Positions 9,173 through 20,100 of a stretch of DNA of 64,000 nucleotides are shown here, piece after piece. Source of the stretch: Opitutaceae bacterium (GTDB taxonomy: Bacteria > Verrucomicrobiota > Verrucomicrobiia > Opitutales > Coraliomargaritaceae); the NCBI GenBank assembly GCA_051252375.1, contig JBPOFY010000003.1, positions 256,001-320,000 of the forward strand. The letters run 5' to 3'. The position numbers and the translations under genes were made by a program. The notes beneath the pieces were generated by a model. That model was not told where the DNA came from and did not search any database. It saw nothing but the letters and a program-made list of their open reading frames with translations. Each line of letters opens with the position of its first letter. Positions within the stretch are counted from its first letter, which is position 1.

Positions 9173-11593
9173 ATGAAGATTAAATCACTCATTCAACTCA
9201 CTAGTGCTGCGGCTTTGTTGCCGTTTACTGCTAGTGCCGCGACCATCACCTGGACTGGTGGCACGACCGACTATGAAACTGGCACCAATTGGGACGCCGG
9301 CGTTCCAACAAACGATACGTCCACCGACGTGGCAACTTTCACAGGTGGCATAGTTGATCTCGCTAGTGATCGTGCGGTGAGCGGCCTTGACTTCGACTCT
9401 GGCACAACTTTGACCGGCCTCGGCAACCTTGAAGTAGGCAATGATGGCATTACAGTTGACGGCAACAGTACAATCAGCACAGCAGGTTTGATTCTCAATC
9501 AAGCGACTGCGATCACCCTCAACGGCACGCTCGACATCAGCAGCGTTCTTACTGGAACCGGCGACCTTACGGTGACTGCCGGCACTGCGACTGCATTTTC
9601 CATGACGGGAACCAACGGTGACGATTCTTCATCGGGCTATTCTGGCAACGTTACCTTCGATGGCATCGATGCGACAGTCGGCCGCTATTTTGTAGGTAAC
9701 ACTGGAGTGGGAACCAATACACTATCCCTCCTCAACGGTGCGAGTATTAGCGCCAATAGCCACCTGAATATGGGAAGCCGGAACATCATCATCAGTGGCG
9801 GAGCCCAAATCAACCAGTATGGCAGCAACAACATCTACGGTTTGGACGGCATTATTTCCGGCACTGGCGGACTCACCTTCGGCCACGTGGGCGGCGGTAA
9901 TCGTGATAAGGTTCAGCTACAAGGAACCGCCAACACCTTTACCGGTGGAGTGACAATCGACGCTGTCGATGTGCATACCTCCGGTTCTGGTTCATTGGGT
10001 GATGCAGGCAACACAATCACTATCAAAAATGGTGGTTTTCTAAATGCACTCGGTGGCGATGATGTTGCCAACCGCGACATCGTGATTGAAGGCACTGGAA
10101 ACAAAATCCAAAATAATGGTGGCTGGACTTACACGGGTAATATTTCCGGCGCAGGTTCTTTGGAACTTGTAGGTGATGGCGGCGATGAGTGGTCTTGGAA
10201 TGATAGCTTTGGGAATACCTATTCCGGCGGTACAACGCTCGACAATGTTTACATGCGCGTGCGTGGTGATACACTCGGAACTGGCGACATTACCCTCAAG
10301 AACGGTTCTAAACTCAAAAATTATAAAAACACCCACATTACGCTCGACAACAATATCATCCTTGAAGCTGGTTCTGGTGGCGGCATTGTCTCAGGCTGGG
10401 GAAAAAGCATCACTCTGAATGGTCTTATTTCGGGAGAGGGTGAATTGACTATCGAGCCTGACAGTGGCACCACCAATTTGAATAATACTGGTAACACCTT
10501 CTCGGGTGGACTCAGAATCGAAGCCAAAACTGTTGCGGCCGGTGGCACTGCGCTGGGAACCGGAGACATTACCTTCAATAACGCCACTTTGGTGGCCACA
10601 GCTGGCAACGACCTCGGCACGCAAGCAGTTACTTTGGAAGGTGATGGTAACATTCAAATCTATAACAGCAAAGCCCTTACTATTGATGGAGTTGTTGACG
10701 GTGCTGGTAAGTTGACCGTTGAGAACGACGGCGGCACATTGAGACTCGGCGGTGTTAACACCTACTCGGGCGGCACCGAGATTCAGGGCGTCGTATGGGC
10801 AAAAACCGGTTCCCTCGGCACTGGCGACGTCACTTTAAACAACGTTAATGGTTCCCGTGGACATTTGCAGAACAATAATGGAGCAGCGACGCATACCAAT
10901 AACGTTATCATCTCCGCTAATGGTGGCCGAATGCAAGCTGGTTGGAATAGCAATCTGGAAGTCACTGGTGTGGTTTCTGGCTCAGGTGATCTGGCTATTG
11001 TTGGTGACAGCGGCACAGTTGTTCTTTCCAATGCTGCAAACACCTACTCAGGGCAGATTAATCTTCAAGATAATAACTCTAAGCTGAGTGTAGAATCATT
11101 GGGCGCTGGCGCCACAGTGATTGGTCATGCAGATGCAACATTCACATATACCGGTGACGCCGACTTTGATGGCGCTCAAGCCTTCTTCGGCACCACAGTG
11201 ATCGCTTCCGGTGCTACAGTCACTGGCGCTGGTTCACTTGCGGGTAACCTTACTCTCGAGACTGGTTCCCTGTTCATCTTCAGTGAAACCGATACGTTGA
11301 CCGTTAGCGGCGCCGTTTCGTTATTCGCTGGGTTTGGTGTCGACGACATCCAAGGACTCGGTTCCGGCACTGCGGTTGGCACATATGTCCTCATTGACGG
11401 CACAGCCAGTGATTTCTCAGGTGTCGATAACTTCGGTGCAGCAAATCAATTTGATATCGGTGGCGGCAAATTCGCTTACTTCCAGAACGGAAGCCTCGAG
11501 CTTGTGGTTGTTCCAGAGCCTGGCACATTCGCACTCCTCGCTGGTATGCTCGCACTTAGCTCGGTGATGATTCGCCGTCGCAGTCGCGCATAA
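9173..11593 (+). CDS. PEP-CTERM protein with autotransporter-associated beta-strand repeats
   Basis: Signal peptide from MKIKSLIQ (9173, preferred over 9110); repeated NT(F/Y)(S/T)GG(T/V) and LGTGD(I/V)T motifs; C-terminus VPEPGTFALLAGMLALSSVMIRRRSRA. Confidence 0.9.
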   Translation: MKIKSLIQLTSAAALLPFTASAATITWTGGTTDYETGTNWDAGVPTNDTSTDVATFTGGIVDLASDRAVSGLDFDSGTTLTGLGNLEVGNDGITVDGNSTISTAGLILNQATAITLNGTLDISSVLTGTGDLTVTAGTATAFSMTGTNGDDSSSGYSGNVTFDGIDATVGRYFVGNTGVGTNTLSLLNGASISANSHLNMGSRNIIISGGAQINQYGSNNIYGLDGIISGTGGLTFGHVGGGNRDKVQLQGTANTFTGGVTIDAVDVHTSGSGSLGDAGNTITIKNGGFLNALGGDDVANRDIVIEGTGNKIQNNGGWTYTGNISGAGSLELVGDGGDEWSWNDSFGNTYSGGTTLDNVYMRVRGDTLGTGDITLKNGSKLKNYKNTHITLDNNIILEAGSGGGIVSGWGKSITLNGLISGEGELTIEPDSGTTNLNNTGNTFSGGLRIEAKTVAAGGTALGTGDITFNNATLVATAGNDLGTQAVTLEGDGNIQIYNSKALTIDGVVDGAGKLTVENDGGTLRLGGVNTYSGGTEIQGVVWAKTGSLGTGDVTLNNVNGSRGHLQNNNGAATHTNNVIISANGGRMQAGWNSNLEVTGVVSGSGDLAIVGDSGTVVLSNAANTYSGQINLQDNNSKLSVESLGAGATVIGHADATFTYTGDADFDGAQAFFGTTVIASGATVTGAGSLAGNLTLETGSLFIFSETDTLTVSGAVSLFAGFGVDDIQGLGSGTAVGTYVLIDGTASDFSGVDNFGAANQFDIGGGKFAYFQNGSLELVVVPEPGTFALLAGMLALSSVMIRRRSRA

Positions 11594-11623
11594 TCAGTTC
11601 GCATTACGTAAACTCTTTAATGC

Positions 11624-11657
11624 AGGGTCCGACCTTTCGAGGTCGGACCCTTTTTTT
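11624..11657 (+). terminator. Rho-independent terminator
   Basis: AGGGTCCGACCT-TTCG-AGGTCGGACCCT perfect stem followed by a T run, 30 bp after the stop. Confidence 0.9.
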
Positions 11658-11765
11658 GTGCTCAGTTGCTGCGGGTGAATATAGCTAGTCCATAACTGGT
11701 AGCGCGTGTGCGTTCGCCCTTCGACAAGCTCAAGGCCCTGAGGCTCTCGAAGGGCGAGACGCGGC

Positions 11766-11977
11766 GAATGGCACTAAATTAAGAGGTAAACCTAAGGAAA
11801 TATATTTAAATAAACTTAACTATTTGCTGACGCCTAAGGTAGGGACGCCTGCCCTCAGGCGTCCGAGGCTGTAGGAGGAATATCGTGGACGCCTAGGGGC
11901 AGGCGTCCCTACCAAATACGCTAATATACACATCAATTTCTTCTTGAGGTAGTGCTATTCGAGACGCGACTGCGCTA
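11766..11977. repeat. Composite repeat: GAATGGCACTA...TAGTGCTATTC inverted ends enclosing REPIN family A (11838-11913)
   Basis: 11935-11960 matches the reverse complement of 25360-25385 at 24/26 positions; the internal REP doublet is near-identical to 8875-8948. Confidence 0.75.
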
Positions 11978-12157
11978 GCAGAATAGAACTTTTACGTGGA
12001 GGCCAGGCACCCAGCCTGAGGGTTTAGGATTAGTGAAGGTTGTCGAACTGTCTGGCGCGTAAGATGGGTTGACCTGCGCCGTCTGGATGTAGCTGTAGCT
12101 TTCGGACTGATCGAGTGCATTCTGTCGTATCGTCCCTGATCCCTGATTCTTTACCAC
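11975..12157 (-). pseudogene. Possible 3' remnant of a lost gene (60 aa)
   Basis: Coding-like ORF whose 5' end overlaps a repeat and whose TAG sits in the same repeat context as the stop of the S8 gene. No recognisable homology. Confidence 0.3.
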
Positions 12158-12250
12158 TCATTCCCTTCGGTCATTGGAGGCACTGAGCAACGGAGTTTTG
12201 TTTTTCCTTCTCTCCTCTGTGTCTTCGTGTCTCCAGCGAAGCGGGTGGTT
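12153..12250. repeat. Imperfect inverted-repeat element, family C (AGCGAAGCGG-type)
   Basis: Right arm CTCTGTGTCTTCGTGTCTCCAGCGAAGCGGGTGGTT; related to 16987-17136 and 49197-49302. Confidence 0.6.
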
Positions 12251-12381
12251 AAATATCCATTTTCTTTCCTACATCAGAACGGAATATTACGTGCGCTAGT
12301 CAGGATATCGAACCCTAGCATCGATGATGGATCGACAGCATGAATATTGCAGAATATTTTATGCATCCATCAATTTTCAGT

Positions 12382-14766
12382 ATGAAATCGAAAGCCATAA
12401 TATACTTACTCTGTAGTCTTTTCTGTTCTGGTATCATCTATGCGGATACCCCGTCTTGGATTGATCGTAATAAGGACGGTAAGAAAGACATTTACGAAGA
12501 TCCGAGCGCGCCGATACAGCAACGTATCGACGATCTACTGTCGCAGATGACGCTGGAGGAAAAGACCTGCCAGATGGGCACGATCTACGGCTACAATCGA
12601 GTGCTGAAGCAGCCGCGCCCGAGTGAGAAGTGGAAGAGTCGCGTGTGGAAGGATGGGGTCGCCAATATCGACGAGCATTGTAACGGTGTGCGCGGTGAGC
12701 AGGAGTTTATCGGACACGTCGAACACGGCGAGCTGCTCAACGAGATTCAGCAATGGTTCATCGAAGAAACGCGGCTCGGTGTTCCGGTGGACTTCACCAA
12801 CGAGGGCATTCGTGGTTTGTGCCATTCGTGGGCGAGTAATTTCCCGAGTCAGTTGGGGGTCGGCGCAACTTTTGATAAAGACCTCGTTCGACGTATCGGT
12901 GAGATCACCGGCGAAGAGGCTAGGGCGCTTGGCTATACAAATATCTATTCACCGATTTTAGATGTGGTGCGTGACCCGCGCTGGGGGCGGACGATCGAGT
13001 GCTACGGGGAGTCGCCGTTTCTTGTTGGGGAACTTGGCAAACAACAGACCTTGGGTTTGCAATCAAAGGGTGTTGTTTCGACCGCAAAGCACTTTGCGGC
13101 ATATAGCACGCCAAACGGTGGGCGCGATGCCAATGGGCGCACGGATCCTCAGATTCCATATCGTGATATGCACGAGATTCTGATGCATCCCTTTGAAAAG
13201 GTTTTTAAAGAAGCAGGAGCCAAGGGCACGATGAGTTCTTACAATACTTACGACGGTGTTCCGGTTACCGGAAATCCTTATTTTCTGACCGATTTGTTAC
13301 GCGGAGAGTATGGATTCAATGGATACGTGGTTTCCGATAGTGGTGCGGTGTCTCGGTTGGAGAAACAACATGGCACCGCGGCTAGCTTTGAGGATGCGGT
13401 GGTCGCTGCGGTCAACGCAGGTCTGAACGTTCGCACGAATTTTGAGAGTATGGAGAAGTTCGTCGAGCCACTGCGCGAGGCGGTGCGCAAGGGGCGTATC
13501 AGTGAAGCCACCATAGATTCCCGCGTCGCCGACGTATTGCGGGTTAAATTTGAACTGGGCTTGTTTGATCAACCCTTCGTTGATGCGTCGAAAGCACCTG
13601 CTATCGTGCATAGTCCGCAAAACGAAGCGGTTACTTTGGAAGCCGCCCGTAAATCGATCGTGTTGCTGAAGAACGACGCACAAGCTTTACCATGGAATCC
13701 GGACACCATCGGCACTGTGCTGGTGACGGGGCCTGGCGCTGACGATGTGCATCCGATGATCAGCCGTTACGGTCCGGGGCAGTCCGACGTGATTACACCT
13801 TTGGCAGGTATTCGGAATCTGCTGGTTGGTCGTGCGGAAGTGATACATGCGAAAGGCGTGGATTATCGCGATGCTCGATTCCCTGGCTCGGATATTTTAC
13901 CCGAGCCGCCGAATGCCGAGGAACAAGCACTGTTGGATGAGGCCATTACAGCTGCAGCGGAAGTCGACGCCATTGTGGTGGTCGTCGGGGATGATCATAG
14001 CACCGTCGGTGAGTCTCGCTCGCGCACATCGCTGGACCTGCCCGGACATCAGTTGCTCTTGGTCAAGGAAATGGTGAAATCCGGTAAACCAGTGACCGTT
14101 GTCTTGATGTCAGGTCGTGCGGCCTCAATTAACTGGATCGATCAGAATGTGCCCGGAATCTTTGCGTGTTGGCATGGTGGAGAGAAAGTCGGTCAAGCGG
14201 TGGCTGAAACTTTGTTTGGCGCCTATAACCCCGGCGGCAAACTGCCGATTACTTTCCCGCAGACTGCGGGGCAAATTCCGTTGGCATTCCCACACCGCAA
14301 CGGTGCTTGGGGAGAGCAAAATAAATCTGCCGATGAAAACGGCTGGGGATCGACCCGACTGGTGGACCCGCTCTATCATTTCGGTCATGGGCTCAGCTAC
14401 ACCACTTTCAAGTATTCCAATTTGAAAATTCAGCCTAAAGAACCAACTGCAGATGATGTCATCACAATCACTTGCGATTTGACCAATACCGGTCAACTAG
14501 CCGGCGATGAGGTTGTGCAGCTTTACGTGAAGGATGTGGTGGCGACGGTGGCACCATTTGATAAAGTCCTACGTGGTTTCGAGCGTGTTTCACTTTCGCC
14601 AGGAGAGACTCAAACCGTTGTTTTCAAACTGAATCCACGCCGTGATCTGAAAATGCTCGATCTTGGCAAGAATTGGGTGGTTGAACCGGGCGAGTTCAAG
14701 GTCATGCTGGGCACTTCATCTTCGCCAGAAGGCGTTATGCAAGCCGGGAACTTTATCTTACAATAG
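12382..14766 (+). CDS. GH3 beta-glycosidase (beta-xylosidase/glucosidase)
   Basis: DVVRDPRWGRTIECYGE, KHF, VVSD nucleophile region, C-terminal FN3-like domain (GDEVVQLY). Start could also be 12340 or 12361. Confidence 0.95.
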   Translation: MKSKAIIYLLCSLFCSGIIYADTPSWIDRNKDGKKDIYEDPSAPIQQRIDDLLSQMTLEEKTCQMGTIYGYNRVLKQPRPSEKWKSRVWKDGVANIDEHCNGVRGEQEFIGHVEHGELLNEIQQWFIEETRLGVPVDFTNEGIRGLCHSWASNFPSQLGVGATFDKDLVRRIGEITGEEARALGYTNIYSPILDVVRDPRWGRTIECYGESPFLVGELGKQQTLGLQSKGVVSTAKHFAAYSTPNGGRDANGRTDPQIPYRDMHEILMHPFEKVFKEAGAKGTMSSYNTYDGVPVTGNPYFLTDLLRGEYGFNGYVVSDSGAVSRLEKQHGTAASFEDAVVAAVNAGLNVRTNFESMEKFVEPLREAVRKGRISEATIDSRVADVLRVKFELGLFDQPFVDASKAPAIVHSPQNEAVTLEAARKSIVLLKNDAQALPWNPDTIGTVLVTGPGADDVHPMISRYGPGQSDVITPLAGIRNLLVGRAEVIHAKGVDYRDARFPGSDILPEPPNAEEQALLDEAITAAAEVDAIVVVVGDDHSTVGESRSRTSLDLPGHQLLLVKEMVKSGKPVTVVLMSGRAASINWIDQNVPGIFACWHGGEKVGQAVAETLFGAYNPGGKLPITFPQTAGQIPLAFPHRNGAWGEQNKSADENGWGSTRLVDPLYHFGHGLSYTTFKYSNLKIQPKEPTADDVITITCDLTNTGQLAGDEVVQLYVKDVVATVAPFDKVLRGFERVSLSPGETQTVVFKLNPRRDLKMLDLGKNWVVEPGEFKVMLGTSSSPEGVMQAGNFILQ

Positions 14767-14782
14767 AGGGTCGATTATACTT

Positions 14783-15559
14783 ATGTTTAGGAAATGTATT
14801 CTTTCAGTTGTTGCATTGATTTGCGCTGGCTTCTCGTTCGCGGCGCAGCCGAAGCAGTTAGACCTTTATCTCCTCATTGGGCAGTCGAACATGGCAGGCC
14901 GAGGGGAGGTGGCGTCGCAGGACCTTAAGAAGCATTCGCGTGTTTGGACACTCGATAAAGAGAATCAATGGGTGTTGGCGCAGGATCCGATTCACTTCGA
15001 TAAGAAGTCTGCTGGCGTCGGACCAGGGCGCAGCTTCGGTATCGAGATGGCGGAGCATTCAAGTCAGACTGAGATCGGTTTGGTTCCTTGTGCGGTCGGT
15101 GGCACTTCGATCCGACTCTGGCAGCCAGGTGGCTTTGACTCGAAGACAGAGGCGCATCCTTACGACGACATGTTAGCGCGCCTCAAAGTCGCCATGCAAA
15201 GCGGCACGGTGAAAGGCGTGCTCTGGCATCAGGGCGAAGCGGATGGCAAGATGGGCGAACGTGGCAAATACGAGCCTGCTTTGACCGAACTAATCGATCG
15301 TGTCCGCACTGAATGCGGCAACCCAGACCTGCCATTCGTGATTGGCCAACTGGGGCAGTTTGAAGGACGCCCTTGGTCGGATGGTCGTAAGCTAGTCGAT
15401 GCGGCGCAGCAAGCTGTCGCCGAGAACTCACCCTTTGTCGGATTCGTCTCCTCTGAAGGACTTGAAGATCGGGGAGACCAGACACACTTTAGTGCCGATG
15501 CCGCCCGCGAGCTCGGTAAGCGCTTTGCTGCAAAAATGATCCAACTACAGAACCAATGA
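14783..15559 (+). CDS. SASA/CE6-like carbohydrate O-acetylesterase
   Basis: GQSNMAG, WHQGE, DxxHF; signal peptide starts at ATG 14783. Confidence 0.9.
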   Translation: MFRKCILSVVALICAGFSFAAQPKQLDLYLLIGQSNMAGRGEVASQDLKKHSRVWTLDKENQWVLAQDPIHFDKKSAGVGPGRSFGIEMAEHSSQTEIGLVPCAVGGTSIRLWQPGGFDSKTEAHPYDDMLARLKVAMQSGTVKGVLWHQGEADGKMGERGKYEPALTELIDRVRTECGNPDLPFVIGQLGQFEGRPWSDGRKLVDAAQQAVAENSPFVGFVSSEGLEDRGDQTHFSADAARELGKRFAAKMIQLQNQ

Positions 15560-16959
15560 AGAAGTCTTTTATCTTTTCAGCTGCGCTCGTCGCCGTGTGT
15601 CATTTGTTGCCACTTGCCCTGCATGCTCGTGATCGTGAGCAGCCGAACGTTTTAGTCATACTCACTGATCAGCAGTTTGCTGATGTTATGAGCTGTGCGG
15701 GATCAGAGTGGGTCAAGACGCCCGCGATGGATTCTATTGCAAAGCAGGGGGTGCGATTTCCGAATGCCTATGTGAACTATCCGGTCTGTATGCCAGAGCG
15801 CTACAGCATGTTTACGGGCCGCTTGCCGATTACTCGGTATGATGCGGACGAAAACAATAAGCCGATCATTTCACTGGGTAATCAGGCGAAGCTGGCTGGT
15901 TACGATACGGCCTATTTTGGCAAGTGGCATATTCAGGATGAAACCTTCTCCGGAGACGATGTCGCGAATCACGGCTTCGACCTGCACACCGGCGGTAAGG
16001 ATAAGACCATGACCAAGAATGCCATCAAGTTTCTCTCAGGGAAACGTGACAAGCCCTTCCTGGCGGTGGTGTCCTACTACAACCCTCATGATATCTGTGA
16101 ATGGGGACGTAAGAAGGCAGGGCAAACAGAGCGTGTGAAAATGGCCAATGGCGAGCTCACCATCGATCCGCACCTCGAGCAATGCCCGCCGCTGCCGGAT
16201 AATTACCAGATCAACGACGACGAATCGGAAGCCGTCGCGATCCGCCGCACATTAGAAAGTAAAGGCGAGCCCAATGCGCAGAAGATCGCGATGGATTTCA
16301 CGAAGGAAGAATGGCGCCAATACCGCTGGGCCTACAATCGACTCGTCGAGATGGTCGATGGGCATATCGGTAATCTGCTCGAAGCTCTGGATGACAATGG
16401 GCATCGACGCGACACAGTCATCATCTTTACCAGCGATCACGGTGACGGCTATGGCGCACACCGTTGGCATCAGAAGTCTGTGCTCTACGAGGAATCTTGC
16501 CGTGTGCCTTTCATTGTCAGTTGGCCGGGTGCGGCACGAAAAAATGAAACGGACGAGCGCTTGATCTCAGTCGGCATCGATTTGATGGCCACCGTTTCCG
16601 ATGTCGTCGGTCAGCCTATACCGAGTGGTCCTTACTATGGTCAGAGTGCTTTACCATTTGTTTTCGATGCTCACAGCACCGCGCCGACACACCCTTATGT
16701 CGTCACAGAAGCGGAGGTTCGTATTGCTAAGGGTGATGATATACAGGGCAGGGCAGTGCGCACACCGAAATTCAAATATCACTTGTGGAATCGTGGCGCA
16801 GAGAATGAGCAACTCTTTGATATGATCAATGACCGCGGTGAAATGCGAAACCTCGCCAACGATCCAGCTTATGCAGCCAAACTCGTGGAGCATCGTCAGT
16901 TGCTCAGCTCTTGGCTGGAGACGACAGACGATAACTATACGCTCCCTGAGTTGAAGTAA
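15556..16959 (+). CDS. Formylglycine-dependent sulfatase (S1)
   Basis: PNVLVILTDQQ, CMPER (CxPxR), GKWH, SDHGD; ATGA overlap with the esterase gene. Confidence 0.93.
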   Translation: MKKSFIFSAALVAVCHLLPLALHARDREQPNVLVILTDQQFADVMSCAGSEWVKTPAMDSIAKQGVRFPNAYVNYPVCMPERYSMFTGRLPITRYDADENNKPIISLGNQAKLAGYDTAYFGKWHIQDETFSGDDVANHGFDLHTGGKDKTMTKNAIKFLSGKRDKPFLAVVSYYNPHDICEWGRKKAGQTERVKMANGELTIDPHLEQCPPLPDNYQINDDESEAVAIRRTLESKGEPNAQKIAMDFTKEEWRQYRWAYNRLVEMVDGHIGNLLEALDDNGHRRDTVIIFTSDHGDGYGAHRWHQKSVLYEESCRVPFIVSWPGAARKNETDERLISVGIDLMATVSDVVGQPIPSGPYYGQSALPFVFDAHSTAPTHPYVVTEAEVRIAKGDDIQGRAVRTPKFKYHLWNRGAENEQLFDMINDRGEMRNLANDPAYAAKLVEHRQLLSSWLETTDDNYTLPELK

Positions 16960-16986
16960 TGGTCTCGTCCAACCTACGGTGTGATA

Positions 16987-17136
16987 AACCGTCCGCTTTG
17001 CTAGAGAACGCGGAGAGCGCAGAGATCGATCAAGATCGAAGTCTTTGAATTGAGTTTAGACGCATCCGCTTTAAGGTTGCATCCATTAACTAGCACAAGC
17101 CCTCTGCGTCCTAGTGACCGTAGGGAGCGGGCGGTT
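16987..17136. repeat. Imperfect inverted-repeat element, family C, between convergent genes
   Basis: AACCGTCCGCT...GCGCAGAG and CTCTGCGTC...AGCGGGCGGTT arms. Confidence 0.6.
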
Positions 17137-17192
17137 AATGAGAATTAGGGGGCAGGAGTCGGGGCCCCATTGTGCGGAGCCCCTATGCCAGA

Positions 17193-20100
17193 TTATTGCT
17201 GCCAGACACGAACTCGGAAGAAGTTCTCAGTATCACTCGGTGTCGTATCAATGATGAATTGTAGCTCGCCGCCGTTGCCTGGGATGACATTGCCGACATC
17301 TCCCCAATCTGGAGGTGAAAGGTGGTCCGTTTCTTGGGCTTGATAGTTATGCCCGAGCTCAGAGTTCTGTATGGAGAAACCGAAGGTATCATTACCTAGG
17401 TCTACATTGAGCGAATCGATGACAATATTTGCAATGACGACTGGGTTGGACGGCACGGCCGAGACTTGTGAGGAGTCGCTGCTGTTGACTGCGCTGGTGG
17501 AGGCAAAGACCACATAGTAATAACGGGTGCCCGGGCTTAGACCAGTCGTGTCGGGATAGCTTGGCGAGCCGAGACCAGTTGCGACGTTGCTGTATGGTCC
17601 TCCGCTTACTGTGGCTCGTCTTACGGTGTAGCTGGTCGCTCCAGTGACGCTGCTCCAGCTCAGGTCGATCTGAGAGGAACTTATGGTGGTGGCTGTCAGG
17701 CCGATCGGAGTGTCTAGTGGAAGCGCCGCATTCGCCACGTTTGAATTCACGCTTTCGACGGCACCATTGACTGCTCTGACCACATAGTAGTAAGTGACAC
17801 CGACTGATGGGGGGGCGTCGCTGGTGCTGGTCGTCGCCAGACCACTGGCGACTTCTGTGTAGGTGCCGCCCGAGCTGGTCGAGCGCAAGACCCTGTAGCT
17901 GGTGGCTCCTGAAACTGCATTCCAGGCGAGGTCAATCTGGGTGCTGCCGTTTGCCGTGGCAGTGAGACCTGTTGGTGCAACGAGTGGAAGGGTTGCCGTG
18001 GCAATGTTGGAGTCCGCGCTTTCAACAGCACCATTGAGGGCTCTGACCACATAAAAATACGGAACTCCGACCGATGCGGTGGCGTCGCTCGTGCTGGTCG
18101 TCGCTAGGCCGCTTGCGATTTCTGTGTAGGTGCCACCCGAGCTGGTCGAACGCAAGACTCTGTAGCTGGTGGCTCCGGAGACGGCATTCCATGCGAGGTC
18201 AATCTGGGTGGTCCCGTTTGCCGTGGCATTGAGTCCCGTAGGTGCGGAAGGGGTGCCTGCGGCTGGCAGGATGAGCTCGAACCAGTTCAGATTAAACATT
18301 GCACCAGTGCCGTTTTGATTGGAGCCGGCTGCGGTATATACGAGATAGAGGTCATGCGTGCCAGCAGTGGCAGCCAGAGGTGTCTCAATGGTGAGCCATC
18401 CTTGCCAGTCGCCGGTAACCGGGATTGCTGTGCGACCAATGACTGGGCCTGTTTGGCTGCCTGTGCGGATCTCAATTTCGCCATCTGGTTTTCCTGACGG
18501 AGCCGCGATGCGAAAGCGGATGTTAGTAGCGTTTGACAAGTCAATGTCGTCATAGGAAGTCCAGTTGCCATCATTGATGTTACTCAAGTTCAGCCCCACT
18601 CCGATATCGGTAGTGGTTTCGGTGCTATGTGATGCCGGACTGCTGCTGTTGTAGCTCTCCGCTTCGATGCGTGTGTAGGTGCCGACTTCAGGCTCTAAGA
18701 GGATTTCGAAGCAGTAGGCGGAATTGTCTTGGGCGAGGGAAACGACGGATGTGTTGGTTGCAGCCGTAATGGTTGAAGTTTCGCCTTCATCGGAGACGCC
18801 GTCGATCTGACTCCAGCGTGTGACCTTGATTGGATAATCGCTGATGGTTCGACCCGTTGGATTGATGGTGATCGGGTAATCTGTGTTGGAGTGATTGAGG
18901 ACCCATACGGTCATCAAGTTGCCGCGAATCAGTGCGGATACAGCAGAATCTGCGTCTGCTTGGTCTGGATCAGGATCCCAATATACTTTCAATTCATCGG
19001 GCTCATTGACCTCCAATGCGTATCCTCTATTAGAGGTGTTCGTGAGTTTCTCGAACATGTAATATTTCACGCTGCGCGCTGAATTGACGATATAGGAGTG
19101 CCCTTGGTTCGGGGTGCCGACCGCCAGCCAGCCACTAATGCCTGAGAACCCTGCGTTGATACATTCCATCATGTAGGCGTAAGTGAGAACCTCGTCGGCG
19201 TTCGAGGTGCTCTTCCAACCATGCAGCTCTGTATTCCAAGCTTCCGGAACAACTTCACCAGAATAGACCGACTCCAGTCTGTCGACGAAGTCCTGTGCTG
19301 TTCCACCTTTGTCGGTGTTGTGGCATGATGCGATATCGACCGCGTCTCTTCTCAAACCAGTATAGAGACCGCTCAACCACGATCTGCCTTGTGTATAACT
19401 CCAAGCGGAGGGGCCGACTAATTCGGGGATATCATCGGCTACGAGCGTAACCGTCGGATAATCAGGGTGTATGACAGGCTTGGTGCCTGTTTCGGCCACA
19501 TAGGCGTCGAATAGAGCAGTGATGTCTTTAAAGTCTGTGCCGGTTATGTAATTCCATTCATTGGTGAGGTCCATGTAGGAGATTTTGAAACCGTGATGCT
19601 TCATGAGTATCAGATAGCGGAGCAGATACTCGGAGCATTTGACCTCGTCGAAGTTGAAATTGCTGCTGCTGCCGGTGCTGCCGGTGATCCACTGGGGATA
19701 GGGTTGCCATGCGACATTGTTGGTCGCTTCATCCAGTGGACGTGGCGACGCGAAGAACTTGATGTCTGGATTGGCGGCTTGCATATCCTGCATCATGGGA
19801 ATGATGCGGTCGTTGCTGGTGCCGCCACCTTCATTGTCGTCCAGATCCCAGTAGGCATCTTCCTGGAGGACGCCTTCGGTCAATTCGTATTTGGCGTTGA
19901 TCGCCACACGGACATAGTCGACATCGCAATCAGCGACTGACCATTCTGCGAATCGGTCTCTGAGTGAAGCGGCACCCGTCCAAAACCAGAGGCGCTCGTA
20001 ATCGATGCCATAGCGCATCTGCTGCTGTGGTGTATTGCCAACTGTTAATATCAGGGGATCTCCGGGCTCTTCAACGACTGCGATTTGCAGAGCGTTGACT

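Noticed and set aside
14663..14782. N-terminal extension of the esterase ORF
   Set aside because: Overlaps the GH3 3' end; the signal peptide starts at 14783.
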